A DNA stretch of 64,000 nucleotides from Armatimonadota bacterium (lineage in GTDB: Bacteria; Armatimonadota; UBA5829; DSUL01). This document shows, piece after piece, positions 1-9,999 of the stretch. The DNA is taken from the NCBI GenBank assembly GCA_039811685.1, contig JBDHZC010000007.1, forward strand, positions 96,001 through 160,000, written 5' to 3'. Numbering within the stretch: position 1 is the first letter of the stretch; the number at the start of each line of letters is the position of its first letter. Position numbers and translations under genes: made by a program. Below the pieces are notes generated by a model, which had not been told where the DNA came from, searched no databases, and was given only the letters and a program-made list of their open reading frames with translations.

Positions 1-290
1 GTGTCGTCGCTGAAGTCCTGGTGTCCGGGCGTGTCCAGCAGGTTCAACATGAAGCCGTCGTATTCAAACTGAAGAACTGTCGAGGTGATTGAGATGCCGC
101 GCTGCTGCTCCAGCTTCATCCAGTCTGACGTAGCTGCGCGCACAGCTTTGCGCGATGCTACGGCGCCTGCGTGCTGAATAGCCCCGCCATAAAGAAGGAG
201 CTTTTCAGTCAGTGTGGTCTTTCCCGCGTCCGGGTGAGAGATGATGGCGAAGGTGCGCCGCCTGCGTATTTCTGAGTGGTTGTTTTGCAT
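1..290 (-). CDS. prfC: Peptide chain release factor 3 (5' part; runs off the window start)
   Basis: Manual translation [38 protein letters not shown]...[16 protein letters not shown]...[12 protein letters not shown] matches the RF3 G-domain. An alternative in-frame ATG lies at 305. Confidence 0.95.
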   Translation of the reverse strand, partial: MQNNHSEIRRRRTFAIISHPDAGKTTLTEKLLLYGGAIQHAGAVASRKAVRAATSDWMKLEQQRGISITSTVLQFEYDGFMLNLLDTPGHQDFSDD

Positions 291-437
291 AGGAGATAGG
301 TACATGTTAGCGGCGTTGCAGGCACTGCCGCAAATACAAAAACAGGTCAGGTCAAAGAGGATGAGACGAACAAGGAAGAGCTTCTGAGTGCCGCCGAGAT
401 ATCCCAGCATCGCTGCCTCAACAGCAGCGAGAAGGAA

Positions 438-1109
438 TCACTCCCACTCAACGGAGACGACCTTGGGGATCTGAAGCAGCCGGCCGGACAAATCCGCTCG
501 TTGGAGATCCTGATTTCTCGGAATTCTGATCAAGACAGCAGGAGCTTCCCCCCCGACGCTTTCAGTCAGGTTTACGCTGAGGAAGTCAGCTCCGGCATCG
601 CTCAAAGCCAGCATAATGTCTTTCAGCGCCCCTCTGGGGTCGATGGCAGACACGCGCAGAATGCAGTCCGAGCGCCGCGTGTCAACAATATGCTCAGCGC
701 TGCGGACGACAGCCAGTGTAACATACATTAGCAACGTCGCGATGAGCGCCACAATCAGCATCTGCCGTCCGACACCTATTGCAATACCCACGCCAGCTGT
801 AGCCCACAGGCTGGCCGCAGTCGTGAGTCCACGAACAGCGCTGCCCTGCTGAATGATAGTGCCTGCCCCCAGAAAGCCTATTCCGCTGACAATCTGCGCG
901 GCTATTCTGCTGCTGTCCGTGTCCGGGCGTCCGATCGCAATATGGATAGACCCGAGCGTGATCAACGTTGCCCCCACGGAGACCAGGATATGAGTTCGCA
1001 GCCCTGCGGGATGCCCCCGAATCTCGCGTTCAAAACCGATAAACCCGGCGCACAACGCTGACAAAACTAGCTGCCCTGTAGCGCTGCCAAGAAAAGCGAC
1101 ATCAATCAT
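438..1109 (-). CDS. MgtC/SapB family membrane protein
   Basis: Motifs IGFERE..GHPAGLRTH, RIAAQIVSGIGFLGAG and GLTTAASLW, followed by a C-terminal ACT-like region. Confidence 0.9.
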   Translation of the reverse strand: MIDVAFLGSATGQLVLSALCAGFIGFEREIRGHPAGLRTHILVSVGATLITLGSIHIAIGRPDTDSSRIAAQIVSGIGFLGAGTIIQQGSAVRGLTTAASLWATAGVGIAIGVGRQMLIVALIATLLMYVTLAVVRSAEHIVDTRRSDCILRVSAIDPRGALKDIMLALSDAGADFLSVNLTESVGGEAPAVLIRIPRNQDLQRADLSGRLLQIPKVVSVEWE

Positions 1110-1143
1110 CGACAGTCAGCCTCGCTGCTTCCCATCTGGTAGC

Positions 1144-2880
1144 TCAGGCGGGCGCCTTTACCTGCGCCGCAGCGCTGTTAAGTTCATCCAGCAGTTGCTG
1201 TCGCGCGCTGTGCACTTCCCGCGCAACCTCATCCAGAGCAATGTCGCGTTTCTCCCCCGCCCAGCGGTTGCGGAACTCGGCTTTGCCCTCCCGGGCTCCG
1301 CGCCCCAGCACAATCTGAAGAGGTATTCCGATAAGATCCGCATCCTTGAACTTCACCCCGGCGCGTTCCGTGCGGTCATCGTACAACACCGCCAGGCCCA
1401 GATCGCGAAGCTCATCATACAAAGCGTCAGCCAGAGCGCCGTCTTCCTCAACGTTCAGGCACAACAGCGTGACGTCAAAGGGCGAAACAGACATGGGCCA
1501 CAGAAGCCCGTCCACATCCGCGAACTGCTCCGCCATAGCTCCAATGATCCGCGTAACGCCGAAGCCATAGGTGCCCATAATAATCGGCTGTTCCTGACCG
1601 TTTTGATCAAGAAATTTGGCGCCCATCACCGCGCTGTATTTCGTGCCCAGCTTGAAGATGTGCCCGGCTTCGATCCCATGCTCGTCCTTGAGGACACCAC
1701 CGCAACGAGGACACGGATCTCCCCCTGCAGCCACACGTAAATCACCCCATACGTCCACGTGGAAGTCACGATCGAGATTGATATTTACCACGTGTGCATC
1801 CTGTTTGTTCGCGCCACTCACCCAGTTCCCGCCGCATCTAAGCTCATCTCCGGCAACTATTGTGACGCCACTCAAACCGCATGGGCCGGCAAAGCCAACG
1901 GGAGCGCCGGTAACTCTCTGGACTGTCTGCGCGGAGGCCAACTGCAGCTTTCGACCCCGCATCAACCTTGAGAGCTTCGCTTCGTTGAGGTCCTTGTCCC
2001 CGCGAACAAGCGCCACTACGACCCCTTCGTCATCTTCGTAAATCAGAGTCTTGATGAGCTTCTCTGAGGGAATCTGCAGAAAATCCGTCACTTCCTCGAC
2101 TGAGCGCTTGTCCGGAGTCTCCACTACTTTCAGAATGTCCGGCTCGGGTAAGTCAACAGCGTCAGTAGTTCCGATCTCGCAGCGCTCCGCGTTAGCCGCG
2201 TAACCGCACGAATCACAGATGAGAATGGTGTCTTCACCGGACTCGACAACCACCATGTATTCGTGACTCACCGAGCCGCCGATAGCGCCCGATTCCGCCT
2301 CGACAACCTGATAGTCCAGGCCCAGCCTCTTGAGAATCCGACCGTAGCACTCGTACATCTGAGAGTACGATTCATCCAGGCTCTCTTCTGAGGTGTGGAA
2401 GCTGTAACAGTCGTGCATCATGAACTCACGCCCGCGCACAACTCCTCCGCGCGGCCTGGGTTCATCCCGAAACTTGGTCTGTATCTGATAGAGCATGAGG
2501 GGCATCTGGCGGTAAGAGCGCACCTCAGAGCGGACAATGTCGGTGATGACTTCTTCGTGGGTCATCCCCAGGACAAGGTCGCGATCGCTTCGATCTTTGA
2601 GGCGGAAGATGACATCCACTGCAGAGCGGCCTGTCTCGTCCCAAAGCTCCTGAGGGTGAAGAGCGGGCAGCAGCAACTCCTGCCCGCCAACGCGGTTGTT
2701 CTCTTCCCGCACGATATTGGCCACCTTGCGCAACACCCGGTTGCCCAGCGGCAGCCAGGAGTAGACTCCGCTGGCCAGCTTTCTCAGATACCCGGCCCGC
2801 AACAGAAGCTGGTGGCTGATGAGTTCCGCCTCTGAGGGCACCTCACGCAGAGTGGGAATGAACGCCCGGGAATAACGCAC
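1144..2880 (-). CDS. proS: Prolyl-tRNA synthetase (bacterial type with editing insertion)
   Basis: SHQLLLRAG, THEE, YQIQTKFRDEPRPRGG..RGREF, GHIFKLGTKYS and KFKDADLIGIP motifs. Confidence 0.97.
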   Translation of the reverse strand: MRYSRAFIPTLREVPSEAELISHQLLLRAGYLRKLASGVYSWLPLGNRVLRKVANIVREENNRVGGQELLLPALHPQELWDETGRSAVDVIFRLKDRSDRDLVLGMTHEEVITDIVRSEVRSYRQMPLMLYQIQTKFRDEPRPRGGVVRGREFMMHDCYSFHTSEESLDESYSQMYECYGRILKRLGLDYQVVEAESGAIGGSVSHEYMVVVESGEDTILICDSCGYAANAERCEIGTTDAVDLPEPDILKVVETPDKRSVEEVTDFLQIPSEKLIKTLIYEDDEGVVVALVRGDKDLNEAKLSRLMRGRKLQLASAQTVQRVTGAPVGFAGPCGLSGVTIVAGDELRCGGNWVSGANKQDAHVVNINLDRDFHVDVWGDLRVAAGGDPCPRCGGVLKDEHGIEAGHIFKLGTKYSAVMGAKFLDQNGQEQPIIMGTYGFGVTRIIGAMAEQFADVDGLLWPMSVSPFDVTLLCLNVEEDGALADALYDELRDLGLAVLYDDRTERAGVKFKDADLIGIPLQIVLGRGAREGKAEFRNRWAGEKRDIALDEVAREVHSARQQLLDELNSAAAQVKAPA

Positions 2881-2992
2881 GAGGACTGTTTCCTTTCCGT
2901 TGTGACAATTCGCGTCGAGCCGTCACTGCTCCGACCAACGGGAGTATAGCGTAACGCGCAAGGCTCTATCTGTCAATTCTGCAGGCGAGCGC

Positions 2993-3484
2993 CTAAAGCC
3001 TGCCGGCCGGTATCCGACGGTCCAAAACAGGTGTCAGATCGTACTGCACAGCAACTTCTCTGCACGCCTCAAAGAACTTGCATTTTGAGCAGTCCCGCCA
3101 GATTTTTTGGGGAAACGTTGAGCGCGGAACCTGCCGAAAACCCAGCTTTTCGAAAAAGTGTGGCACTGCAGTCAACGCAAAAACGCAGGAGAGTCCGAGA
3201 ACGGCAGCTTCCTCGAGGCAGGCGTTAACCAGGCTTTTCCCAAGTCCTGTTCCCTGCGCCTCATCCGCTACGACCAGCGAGCGAACTTCCGCCAGATCGC
3301 CGCCCATAATCTTGAGGGAGGAACAGCCCACAATGCCGCCCTTGACCTCGGCAACGAAGAAGTCCCGCAGCGCATCGCACAGCTCCTCTTCAGAGCGCGG
3401 TAACACGTTGCCGATCCCTGCCTGCCGGTTGATGAGCTTCGCGATCCCGGGAACATCAGCTATGCGTGCTTTGCGTATCTCCAT
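2993..3484 (-). CDS. GNAT N-acetyltransferase, short ArgA-like (amino-acid N-acetyltransferase)
   Basis: LAEVRSLVV..QGTGLG..LV, FALT...FF.KLGF and PQKIWRDC..C motifs typical of short ArgA. Confidence 0.8.
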   Translation of the reverse strand: MEIRKARIADVPGIAKLINRQAGIGNVLPRSEEELCDALRDFFVAEVKGGIVGCSSLKIMGGDLAEVRSLVVADEAQGTGLGKSLVNACLEEAAVLGLSCVFALTAVPHFFEKLGFRQVPRSTFPQKIWRDCSKCKFFEACREVAVQYDLTPVLDRRIPAGRL

Positions 3485-3561
3485 TGCCGCCAGCTATCAG
3501 ACGGAAAGAGCCTGCGCGACGATCTCCGCAGTAAGACTTCTCAACAGCGCAGAAACAGTCG

Positions 3562-4632
3562 TCAATCCTCTTCCTGTTCAGCCACAACGCGCTCCACATG
3601 CTTGACCAGCTCATCCACCATGTCAGCTTCCGGAACTTTGTTCAAAGACTCTCCGCCGGCAAAGATCAGACCTACGCCGCCACCACCAGCCAGACCGACA
3701 TCCGCCATACGCGCCTCGCCAGGACCGTTCACCACACAGCCCATTACAGCGACGCGCAGCGGTTTCTTCGTCTTGATGTGACTCAGACGCGCTTTGACAG
3801 CCTGCGCCGTGGCGTGTAGATCAATGTCCGCACGCCCGCACGAGGGACAAGCAACGATGGTGATTCCGCCCTGGCGGAGATCCAGAACTCTCAGCATCTC
3901 AAGGCCGGCCTTGATCTCTTCCACTGGATCCGCAGTCAATGACATCCGAATGGTGTCACCAATACCAAGCGCCAACAGCGTGCCAATTCCCACGCACGAT
4001 CGGATGGTCCCTTCCCAGGGAAGGCCGGCCTCGGTTATCCCCAGATGCAGCGGATAATCTACCAGCTCAGACATCTTTCTGTACGCTTCAATGGTGACAG
4101 GGACTTCGAAAGACTTCAGAGAGATGACAATGTCGTGAAAGCCTTCGTCTTCAAGAATATGCACCTCATCGAGAGCGCTCTGCACAATGGCGTCAGCCGT
4201 CGGATGCCCGTAGCGTGCGGTATCCAGTGACCCCGCGTTCGCGCCTACGCGTATGGGAATCATGCGGTCTCGAGCAGCTCGCACTACTTCGCGAATCTTG
4301 TTTGGATCGCGAATGTTGCCCGGATTCAGGCGCAGCTTGTCAACCCCCGCTTCAATGGCTTCGAGCGCCAGAAGATGGCTGAAGTGGATGTCCGCCACCA
4401 GCGGCACGGGAGACTGTTTGCGTATTTCGGGGATAGCCTGGGCGTCCTCATGATGCGGCACGGCAATGCGGACGATATCTGCTCCCGCCTCGGCCAGTTG
4501 GTTAATCTGCCTGACAGTGGCGTCAACGTCATGCGTCTTGGTGGTACACATAGACTGAAGCGCAACCGGAGCGTCTCCTCCGATGCCTACGCCACCGACA
4601 TTCACCATTCGGGTTTTGCGTCGTTGAATCAT
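3562..4632 (-). CDS. ispG: HMBPP synthase (flavodoxin-dependent)
   Basis: QSMCTT, PLVADIHF, RLNPGNI, YPLHLGITEAG, CPSCGR and MGCVVNGPGE motifs. Confidence 0.97.
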   Translation of the reverse strand: MIQRRKTRMVNVGGVGIGGDAPVALQSMCTTKTHDVDATVRQINQLAEAGADIVRIAVPHHEDAQAIPEIRKQSPVPLVADIHFSHLLALEAIEAGVDKLRLNPGNIRDPNKIREVVRAARDRMIPIRVGANAGSLDTARYGHPTADAIVQSALDEVHILEDEGFHDIVISLKSFEVPVTIEAYRKMSELVDYPLHLGITEAGLPWEGTIRSCVGIGTLLALGIGDTIRMSLTADPVEEIKAGLEMLRVLDLRQGGITIVACPSCGRADIDLHATAQAVKARLSHIKTKKPLRVAVMGCVVNGPGEARMADVGLAGGGGVGLIFAGGESLNKVPEADMVDELVKHVERVVAEQEED

Positions 4633-4721
4633 AACGGTAGGTGCGGACCTTTCACACGCGCGCGAAAGCGACGGCGCAGCAAGAGCGCCTGACGCATCGC
4701 AAGTCTGGTTGTGACTGAACC

Positions 4722-5777
4722 CTAGCGGCTGTGCATCAGGCTCTTGATGAGCGGCAGGTTAGTGATGTCTTTGTACATCACCAGAACGATTATGACACCA
4801 AGCACAGCAAACCCAACGGTCAAAGCGGCCTGTTGCGTCTGCGGGCTGAGCCGGCGCCCGCGAGCGGCTTCGATAATCAGCAGCAAAAGCAGACTGCCGT
4901 CCAGCGGGCCAATCGGCAAGAGATTGAGAACAGCAAAGTTCAGGCTCAGGCCGGCCGCCAGAATCACCAGAGGCACCAGACCCGCCTGCGCGGCGCTGCT
5001 GGTTGCCTGAACAATGGCGATAGGCCCACCGGCTTCTTTGGCAATCTGTCTGGAGAAGATCGTCTGCACCAGCTTCTTGACGAATCCGAAGCTGATCTGC
5101 GTACCCCGCTGGACAGCCTCCACAACGCCAAGCTTCTTGATGGCGCTTCCGGGATAGAATCCGAGCCGGCCGACCTTCTTGCCCTTGTCCATATCAACAC
5201 GAGGTGTCGCCTGAAGGGTGAGGCGTTTGTCACCGCGCTGAACAACAACCGCGATGGTCTCTCCCGGGTGCTTCTGAATTACTCCAATGAGCTGGTCCAC
5301 TTCGCGGATGCGCTCTCCCGCGACACTCAAAATCTTGTCATCCGGCTTCATTCCAGCACGCGCTGCTGGAGAGTCTTTCTCTACAGAAGCGACCAGAGGC
5401 TGGCCAACGGGCAGGCCGGAGGCCATACCAATAACGATGAATACAAGGTAGGCAAACAGGAAGCTGGCAAACGGCCCGGCAAAGATGACGATCATTCGCT
5501 TCCAGACAGACTGAGCGTTGAACCCATGTGGTGGGCCCTCTTCGCTCGGATCCATCCCCGGAATACGTACAAAACCGCCAGCGGGAATCGGGCGCAGGTT
5601 GTACTCAGTCCCGCCGCGCTTGACGATAGTCAACTTCGGGTTGCCAAAGCCGACGGCAAACTCATCTACGGCCATCCCGCACGCTTTTGCGGCCAGAAAG
5701 TGCCCCAGCTCATGCGCAACTACGAGAATTACAATGACGGCGATGACACCGACAATACTGATCAGACTAGCGTATAT
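4722..5777 (-). CDS. rseP: RIP metalloprotease RseP (M50 family, with PDZ domain)
   Basis: HELGH lies in frame upstream of the track's ATG at 5675; GGFVRI, AGP, PDZ and NLLPIGPLDG motifs. Start placed at ATA 5777 by inference (see findings). Confidence 0.9.
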   Translation of the reverse strand: MYASLISIVGVIAVIVILVVAHELGHFLAAKACGMAVDEFAVGFGNPKLTIVKRGGTEYNLRPIPAGGFVRIPGMDPSEEGPPHGFNAQSVWKRMIVIFAGPFASFLFAYLVFIVIGMASGLPVGQPLVASVEKDSPAARAGMKPDDKILSVAGERIREVDQLIGVIQKHPGETIAVVVQRGDKRLTLQATPRVDMDKGKKVGRLGFYPGSAIKKLGVVEAVQRGTQISFGFVKKLVQTIFSRQIAKEAGGPIAIVQATSSAAQAGLVPLVILAAGLSLNFAVLNLLPIGPLDGSLLLLLIIEAARGRRLSPQTQQAALTVGFAVLGVIIVLVMYKDITNLPLIKSLMHSR

Positions 5778-5808
5778 GGCTCAACTCCCCTGTCGCATAA
5801 TACATCAT

Positions 5809-7005
5809 CTACCTGGCCATGACCGGTGTAAACAAACGGCGGCCTTCTTCGACAATGTGCGTCGCCTGTGCTCTGGCGCGCTTATCAGTCTCAACAATGC
5901 AATCAAGATCCGGATTCCGGATGTTGTCAAAGTGAGTCATAGTTTTTTCGACGACGCGCACGATGTCGAGAAAACCGATCTCTTCTTTGAGAAACGCCTC
6001 CACTGCCACATCGTCCGCCGCACTCATAACTGCAGGCATCACACCGCCCTCATCCGCAGCTTCACGAGCAAGTCGCAGCGCCGGAAATCTTTCTGCGTCT
6101 GGCGGGAAAAACTCCAGCGGGCCACTCACTAGCAAATCCAGCCGCGGCAGATCTGTGTTCATCCGCTCTGGAAACAGCAGCGCATACTGAATGGGCAGGC
6201 GCATGTCCGGCAGACCAAGCTGCGCCTTTACACTGCCATCAACCAACCGCACCAGTGAATGGACAATGCTTTTCGGGTGGACAACGACCTTCACCTGTGA
6301 GGCCTTCACGCCAAACAACGCCTCGGCTTCCAGAATCTCCAGCCCCTTGTTCATAAGAGTGGCTGAATCAACCGTTATCTTTCGCCCCATTTTCCACGTC
6401 GGGTGGTCAAGCGCCATCGCCGGCGTTATGTTCGCCATTTCCTCGGTGGTCAACTGCGCGAAGGGCCCGCCTGAGGCCGTCAGAATCAGGGCTTCGATCG
6501 AGCCTTCCGGCTCGCCAATGAGACACTGGAAAATCGCGGAGTGCTCGCTGTCTATCGGAATCAGGCGCGCGTTGCCTTTCTGGACAGCTTTCCGCACCAG
6601 CGAGCCCGCCACAACGAGAACTTCCTTGCTGGCAATAGCGATGTTTTTCCCAAGAGCAGCCGCGGCGAGAGTGGGACGCAAACCCGCAAAGCCCTGCACA
6701 GCAACAACAAGAGTGTCCGTCTCCGGGTCTGAAGCCGCCTCACACAGTCCTTCTTCGCCTACGAGGATTTGTGTATTGGGAAACTCCCGGTTGCGGGCTT
6801 TCAGAATCTGTGCGCCTTCAGCGTCCCGCGTGACAACTGCGCGTGGCTGCCAACGCACTGTCTGTTCAGTCAGCAGTTCAATGTTGCCTGCGCCGGATAG
6901 CGACCTTACCCGGACGCGCTTTCCCAGCCGCTCGACTACATCCAGAACTTGCGTCCCTACGGAACCCGTACTTCCAAGCACACTGATTGTTCGTGTTTCA
7001 GCCAC
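5809..7005 (-). CDS. dxr: 1-deoxy-D-xylulose 5-phosphate reductoisomerase
   Basis: LGSTGSVG, PIDSEHSAIFQ, LTASGGPF and HPTWKMGRKITVDSATLMNKGLE motifs. Confidence 0.97.
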   Translation of the reverse strand: MAETRTISVLGSTGSVGTQVLDVVERLGKRVRVRSLSGAGNIELLTEQTVRWQPRAVVTRDAEGAQILKARNREFPNTQILVGEEGLCEAASDPETDTLVVAVQGFAGLRPTLAAAALGKNIAIASKEVLVVAGSLVRKAVQKGNARLIPIDSEHSAIFQCLIGEPEGSIEALILTASGGPFAQLTTEEMANITPAMALDHPTWKMGRKITVDSATLMNKGLEILEAEALFGVKASQVKVVVHPKSIVHSLVRLVDGSVKAQLGLPDMRLPIQYALLFPERMNTDLPRLDLLVSGPLEFFPPDAERFPALRLAREAADEGGVMPAVMSAADDVAVEAFLKEEIGFLDIVRVVEKTMTHFDNIRNPDLDCIVETDKRARAQATHIVEEGRRLFTPVMAR

Positions 7006-7008
7006 TGA

Positions 7009-7824
7009 TCAGGAAATTGACGGAGCAGGAGAGAGGTCAGGCGCCGCAGCACTCGCCAGATCCTGACCGGGCGAGTTGACAACCCCGCCGAACTTTCGCA
7101 CGCGGCTCTGATAGTCCGCAATGGCCTTCAACAAGTCTTCCTCACCAAAGTCCGGCCAGAGCACGTGAGTGACGTGGAGTTCCGCATAGGCAATCTGCCA
7201 CAAAAGAAAGTTGGAGATGCGCATCTCTCCCGCTGTGCGAATCAGCAAATCCGGGTCGGGGAGCCCCGGCTGGTAGAGCGAGGCGGCAATAGTGCGCTCG
7301 TCAATATCGTCTGGAGAAAGTTCGCCCCGCTGCACCCGGAGCGCAATCTGGCGGAATGCGTCCACAAGCTCGCCCCGGCCGCCATAATTGATTGCGAGAT
7401 TGAGAATAAGCCCGGTGTTATCCTGTGTCCTGCGCACATCGTCCAGAAGCGCCTGCCGGACGAAATCGGGGAGGTCATCTGTGCGTCCGCTTAACCTTAG
7501 CTGAACGCCCTCATCCATGAGCTTTCGCAACTCCTGGTGAGCGGCGGACGCAATCAGCTTCATAATACCGCTGATCTCACTGCGCGGGCGGCGCCAGTTC
7601 TCGGCAGAGAAAGTGTAGAGAGTCAGAGCCTTGATGCCGAACTCACCCGCCAGACGAACAACACGATCCACAGTCTTGTAGCCACGGCGGTGGCCTTCCA
7701 GGCGCGGCAACCCACGGTGAGACGCCCAGCGTCCATTGCCGTCCATAATGATGGCAATGTGAGCGGGCACACGCTCCGGATCGATGCCGCATTCGCGAAG
7801 TTTGTCAGGGCGGAGTTCAGACAT
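7009..7824 (-). CDS. uppS: Isoprenyl (undecaprenyl diphosphate) synthase
   Basis: HIAIIMDGNGRWA, FSAENWRRP, NYGGR and DPDLLIRTAGEMRISNFLLWQ motifs. Confidence 0.97.
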   Translation of the reverse strand: MSELRPDKLRECGIDPERVPAHIAIIMDGNGRWASHRGLPRLEGHRRGYKTVDRVVRLAGEFGIKALTLYTFSAENWRRPRSEISGIMKLIASAAHQELRKLMDEGVQLRLSGRTDDLPDFVRQALLDDVRRTQDNTGLILNLAINYGGRGELVDAFRQIALRVQRGELSPDDIDERTIAASLYQPGLPDPDLLIRTAGEMRISNFLLWQIAYAELHVTHVLWPDFGEEDLLKAIADYQSRVRKFGGVVNSPGQDLASAAAPDLSPAPSIS

Positions 7825-7895
7825 TATGCCGCTCGCCAGCCATCGTCTTCCGCCAGCGATCTATAACAACCGGCGGCGGTGTGGTCAGGCGACTA

Positions 7896-8453
7896 TTATA
7901 CTTCCATCAACTCGGTTTCTTTGTTCTTCTGAAGCCTGTCAATCTCTTCAATGAACTTGTCCGTCAACTTCTGCACCTGCTCCTGAAGCCGCCGGGCATC
8001 GTCTTCGGAGATCTCGTGCTCCTTCTCCTGATGCTTGAGCTTGTCGTTCACATCTCGCCGGACATTTCGGACAGCAATGCGGTGGTCTTCGGCTCTCTTG
8101 TGAAGCTGCTTCACCATGTCCTTGCGGCGCTCTTCTGTTAGATACGGGATTTGCAGGCGGATAACGTTCCCGTCACTGGAAGGCGTCAGGCCAAGATCGC
8201 TGTTGGTGATAGCCTTTTCAATAGCAGCGATAGACTGCTTGTCCCATGGAGAGATCAGAAGCTGCCGGGGCTCAGGAGCGGTGACAGTCCCGAGCTGATT
8301 GATGGGCATGGGAGTGCCGTGGTAGTCCACCATCACGTGATCGAGCAGAGTTGGATTCGCGCGACCAGTGCGCAGCGTCTGAAAGTCCTCTATCGCCACC
8401 TCAACAGCCCGCTGCATTCTGTATTCAGCATCTTTCATCAGATCAGTTGTCAA
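7896..8453 (-). CDS. frr: Ribosome recycling factor
   Basis: [24 protein letters not shown] and VRNVRRD motifs. Confidence 0.97.
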   Translation of the reverse strand: MTTDLMKDAEYRMQRAVEVAIEDFQTLRTGRANPTLLDHVMVDYHGTPMPINQLGTVTAPEPRQLLISPWDKQSIAAIEKAITNSDLGLTPSSDGNVIRLQIPYLTEERRKDMVKQLHKRAEDHRIAVRNVRRDVNDKLKHQEKEHEISEDDARRLQEQVQKLTDKFIEEIDRLQKNKETELMEV

Positions 8454-9250
8454 GAGTCAATCCCTCCAACATACGTCCCGAAGTCATCGCGCAAGACGAC
8501 CTCCCGGATATTCCCTCGCCTGGTGATATTGAATACGACGATCGGCAGATTGTTTTCCTGGCACATGGTAAAGGCCGTCATATCCATCACCTTGAGGTTC
8601 TGGCTGATCGCATCCGCGTAGCTGATTCGATCGTACTTGACTGCTTCCGGGTTCTTTCGCGGGTCCGAGTCGTAGATACCGTCAACGTTAGTCGCTTTCA
8701 GCAAAGCCTGCGCGTGGATTTCAACAGCGCGCAGCACGGCGGCCGTATCAGTTGTAAAGTACGGATTTCCGGACCCGGCGGCCAGAATGACCACGCGCCC
8801 CTTTTCAAGATGCCTGATCGCGCGGCGGCGGATGAACGGCTCGGCGACCTTGTCCATGTTGATGGCAGTCTGGACACGCGTATCTACGCCAAGGCGCTCC
8901 AGAGCATCCTGCAGGGCCAGAGAGTTGATCACCGTCGCCAGCATACCCATTGTGTCGCCCGTGACTCTGTCAACGCCGCCCTCTGAAGCCTGCTGACCGC
9001 GTATGATGTTTCCACCACCGACGACGATAGCTAACTGGACGCCAAGATCCTTCAAGGATCGCACGTCTTCCGCAATTGCTCCGATTGTTTCGGGACAGAT
9101 GCCGAAACCCTGAGACCCGGCGAAAGCCTCACCCGAAAGCTTCAGCAGAACGCGGGACCAGCGCAGCTTTTGCTGTATCCCGAGAGCGTCCAGGCCGCCA
9201 GAAGACCGGCCGCTCGATTGGAAGTTGGGATCTGCCTTCTTTGCGCTCAC
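8450..9250 (-). CDS. pyrH: UMP kinase
   Basis: [25 protein letters not shown] and GNPYFTTD motifs. Start uncertain; the first in-frame GTG after the tsf stop was used. Confidence 0.95.
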   Translation of the reverse strand: MSAKKADPNFQSSGRSSGGLDALGIQQKLRWSRVLLKLSGEAFAGSQGFGICPETIGAIAEDVRSLKDLGVQLAIVVGGGNIIRGQQASEGGVDRVTGDTMGMLATVINSLALQDALERLGVDTRVQTAINMDKVAEPFIRRRAIRHLEKGRVVILAAGSGNPYFTTDTAAVLRAVEIHAQALLKATNVDGIYDSDPRKNPEAVKYDRISYADAISQNLKVMDMTAFTMCQENNLPIVVFNITRRGNIREVVLRDDFGTYVGGIDS

Positions 9251-9278
9251 GACTCTGGTTGCGTCTCCCAGTACGTCA

Positions 9279-9929
9279 CTAACCCGTAGTTCCGTTGCCA
9301 GAAGCCGACTCCTCAGTCTCCTCTTTCGCCTCTGTCTCTCCGACGCGCCAGCGAACAAAGCGCTTAATCTCAATCTTCTCGCCGATTATCGCTACAGTCT
9401 CGTTGACAAGCTGTTTGATGGTCTTGCCCTCATCCTGAATGGAGGGCTGGTCCAGAAGGACTTTTTCACCAAAGAAGAGCTTTTCCATTCGCCCTTCGAC
9501 AATCTTAGGCAGGGCGGCTTCGGGTTTGTTCTGCTGACGCGCCCACACTTCGTGGATTTCGCGCTCACGCTCCAGAACATCCGGCGAGATGTCCTCGCGC
9601 TTGAGGTATTCGGGGTTTGTCCACGCAATGTGCATGGCCAGCTTGTGAGCCAACTCCTGAAACTGCTCGTTCTTGGCGACAAAAGGCGTCTCGCAGCCAA
9701 GCTCAAGCATTACAGCGATCTGACGGCCAGTATGGATGTAGGTCTCAATGATGCCTTCGGAAGCCTGCCTGTCCTGGCGTTTGGCGGCGGTCGCTTCCCC
9801 GCGCTTGCGCAGCAAGTCCCGGGCCTTCTCAAAGTCCCCGTTTGTCTCTTCAAGCGCCCTCTTGCAGGCCATCATCGGAGCTCCGGTTTCGTCCCGGAGC
9901 TTCTTTACAGTCTGAGCGTCTATTGCCAC
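9279..9929 (-). CDS. tsf: Translation elongation factor Ts (short form)
   Basis: [30 protein letters not shown] and LAMHIA motifs; GTG start with GGAG upstream. Confidence 0.95.
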   Translation of the reverse strand: MAIDAQTVKKLRDETGAPMMACKRALEETNGDFEKARDLLRKRGEATAAKRQDRQASEGIIETYIHTGRQIAVMLELGCETPFVAKNEQFQELAHKLAMHIAWTNPEYLKREDISPDVLEREREIHEVWARQQNKPEAALPKIVEGRMEKLFFGEKVLLDQPSIQDEGKTIKQLVNETVAIIGEKIEIKRFVRWRVGETEAKEETEESASGNGTTG

Positions 9930-9999
9930 TGCGTGTATTTCTCCATCTTGATTCAAAAGCAACAAGGCCGGACAGATGCCGGGCCCAGAGTAGAAAAGA

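Noticed and set aside
438..2880. mgtC next to proS, recalling proline-sensing control of Salmonella mgtC
   Set aside because: Only 34 nt separate the genes and there is no Pro-rich leader ORF; adjacency alone is not evidence.
2881..2992. Possible T-box upstream of proS
   Set aside because: The region is too short and has no T-box consensus or terminator.
4731..5822. Long antisense ORFs (for example 4731-5822, 6191-7066, 9225-10070, 16896-17852, 61148-62062)
   Set aside because: Shadow frames of well-supported genes in GC-rich DNA, with no motifs.
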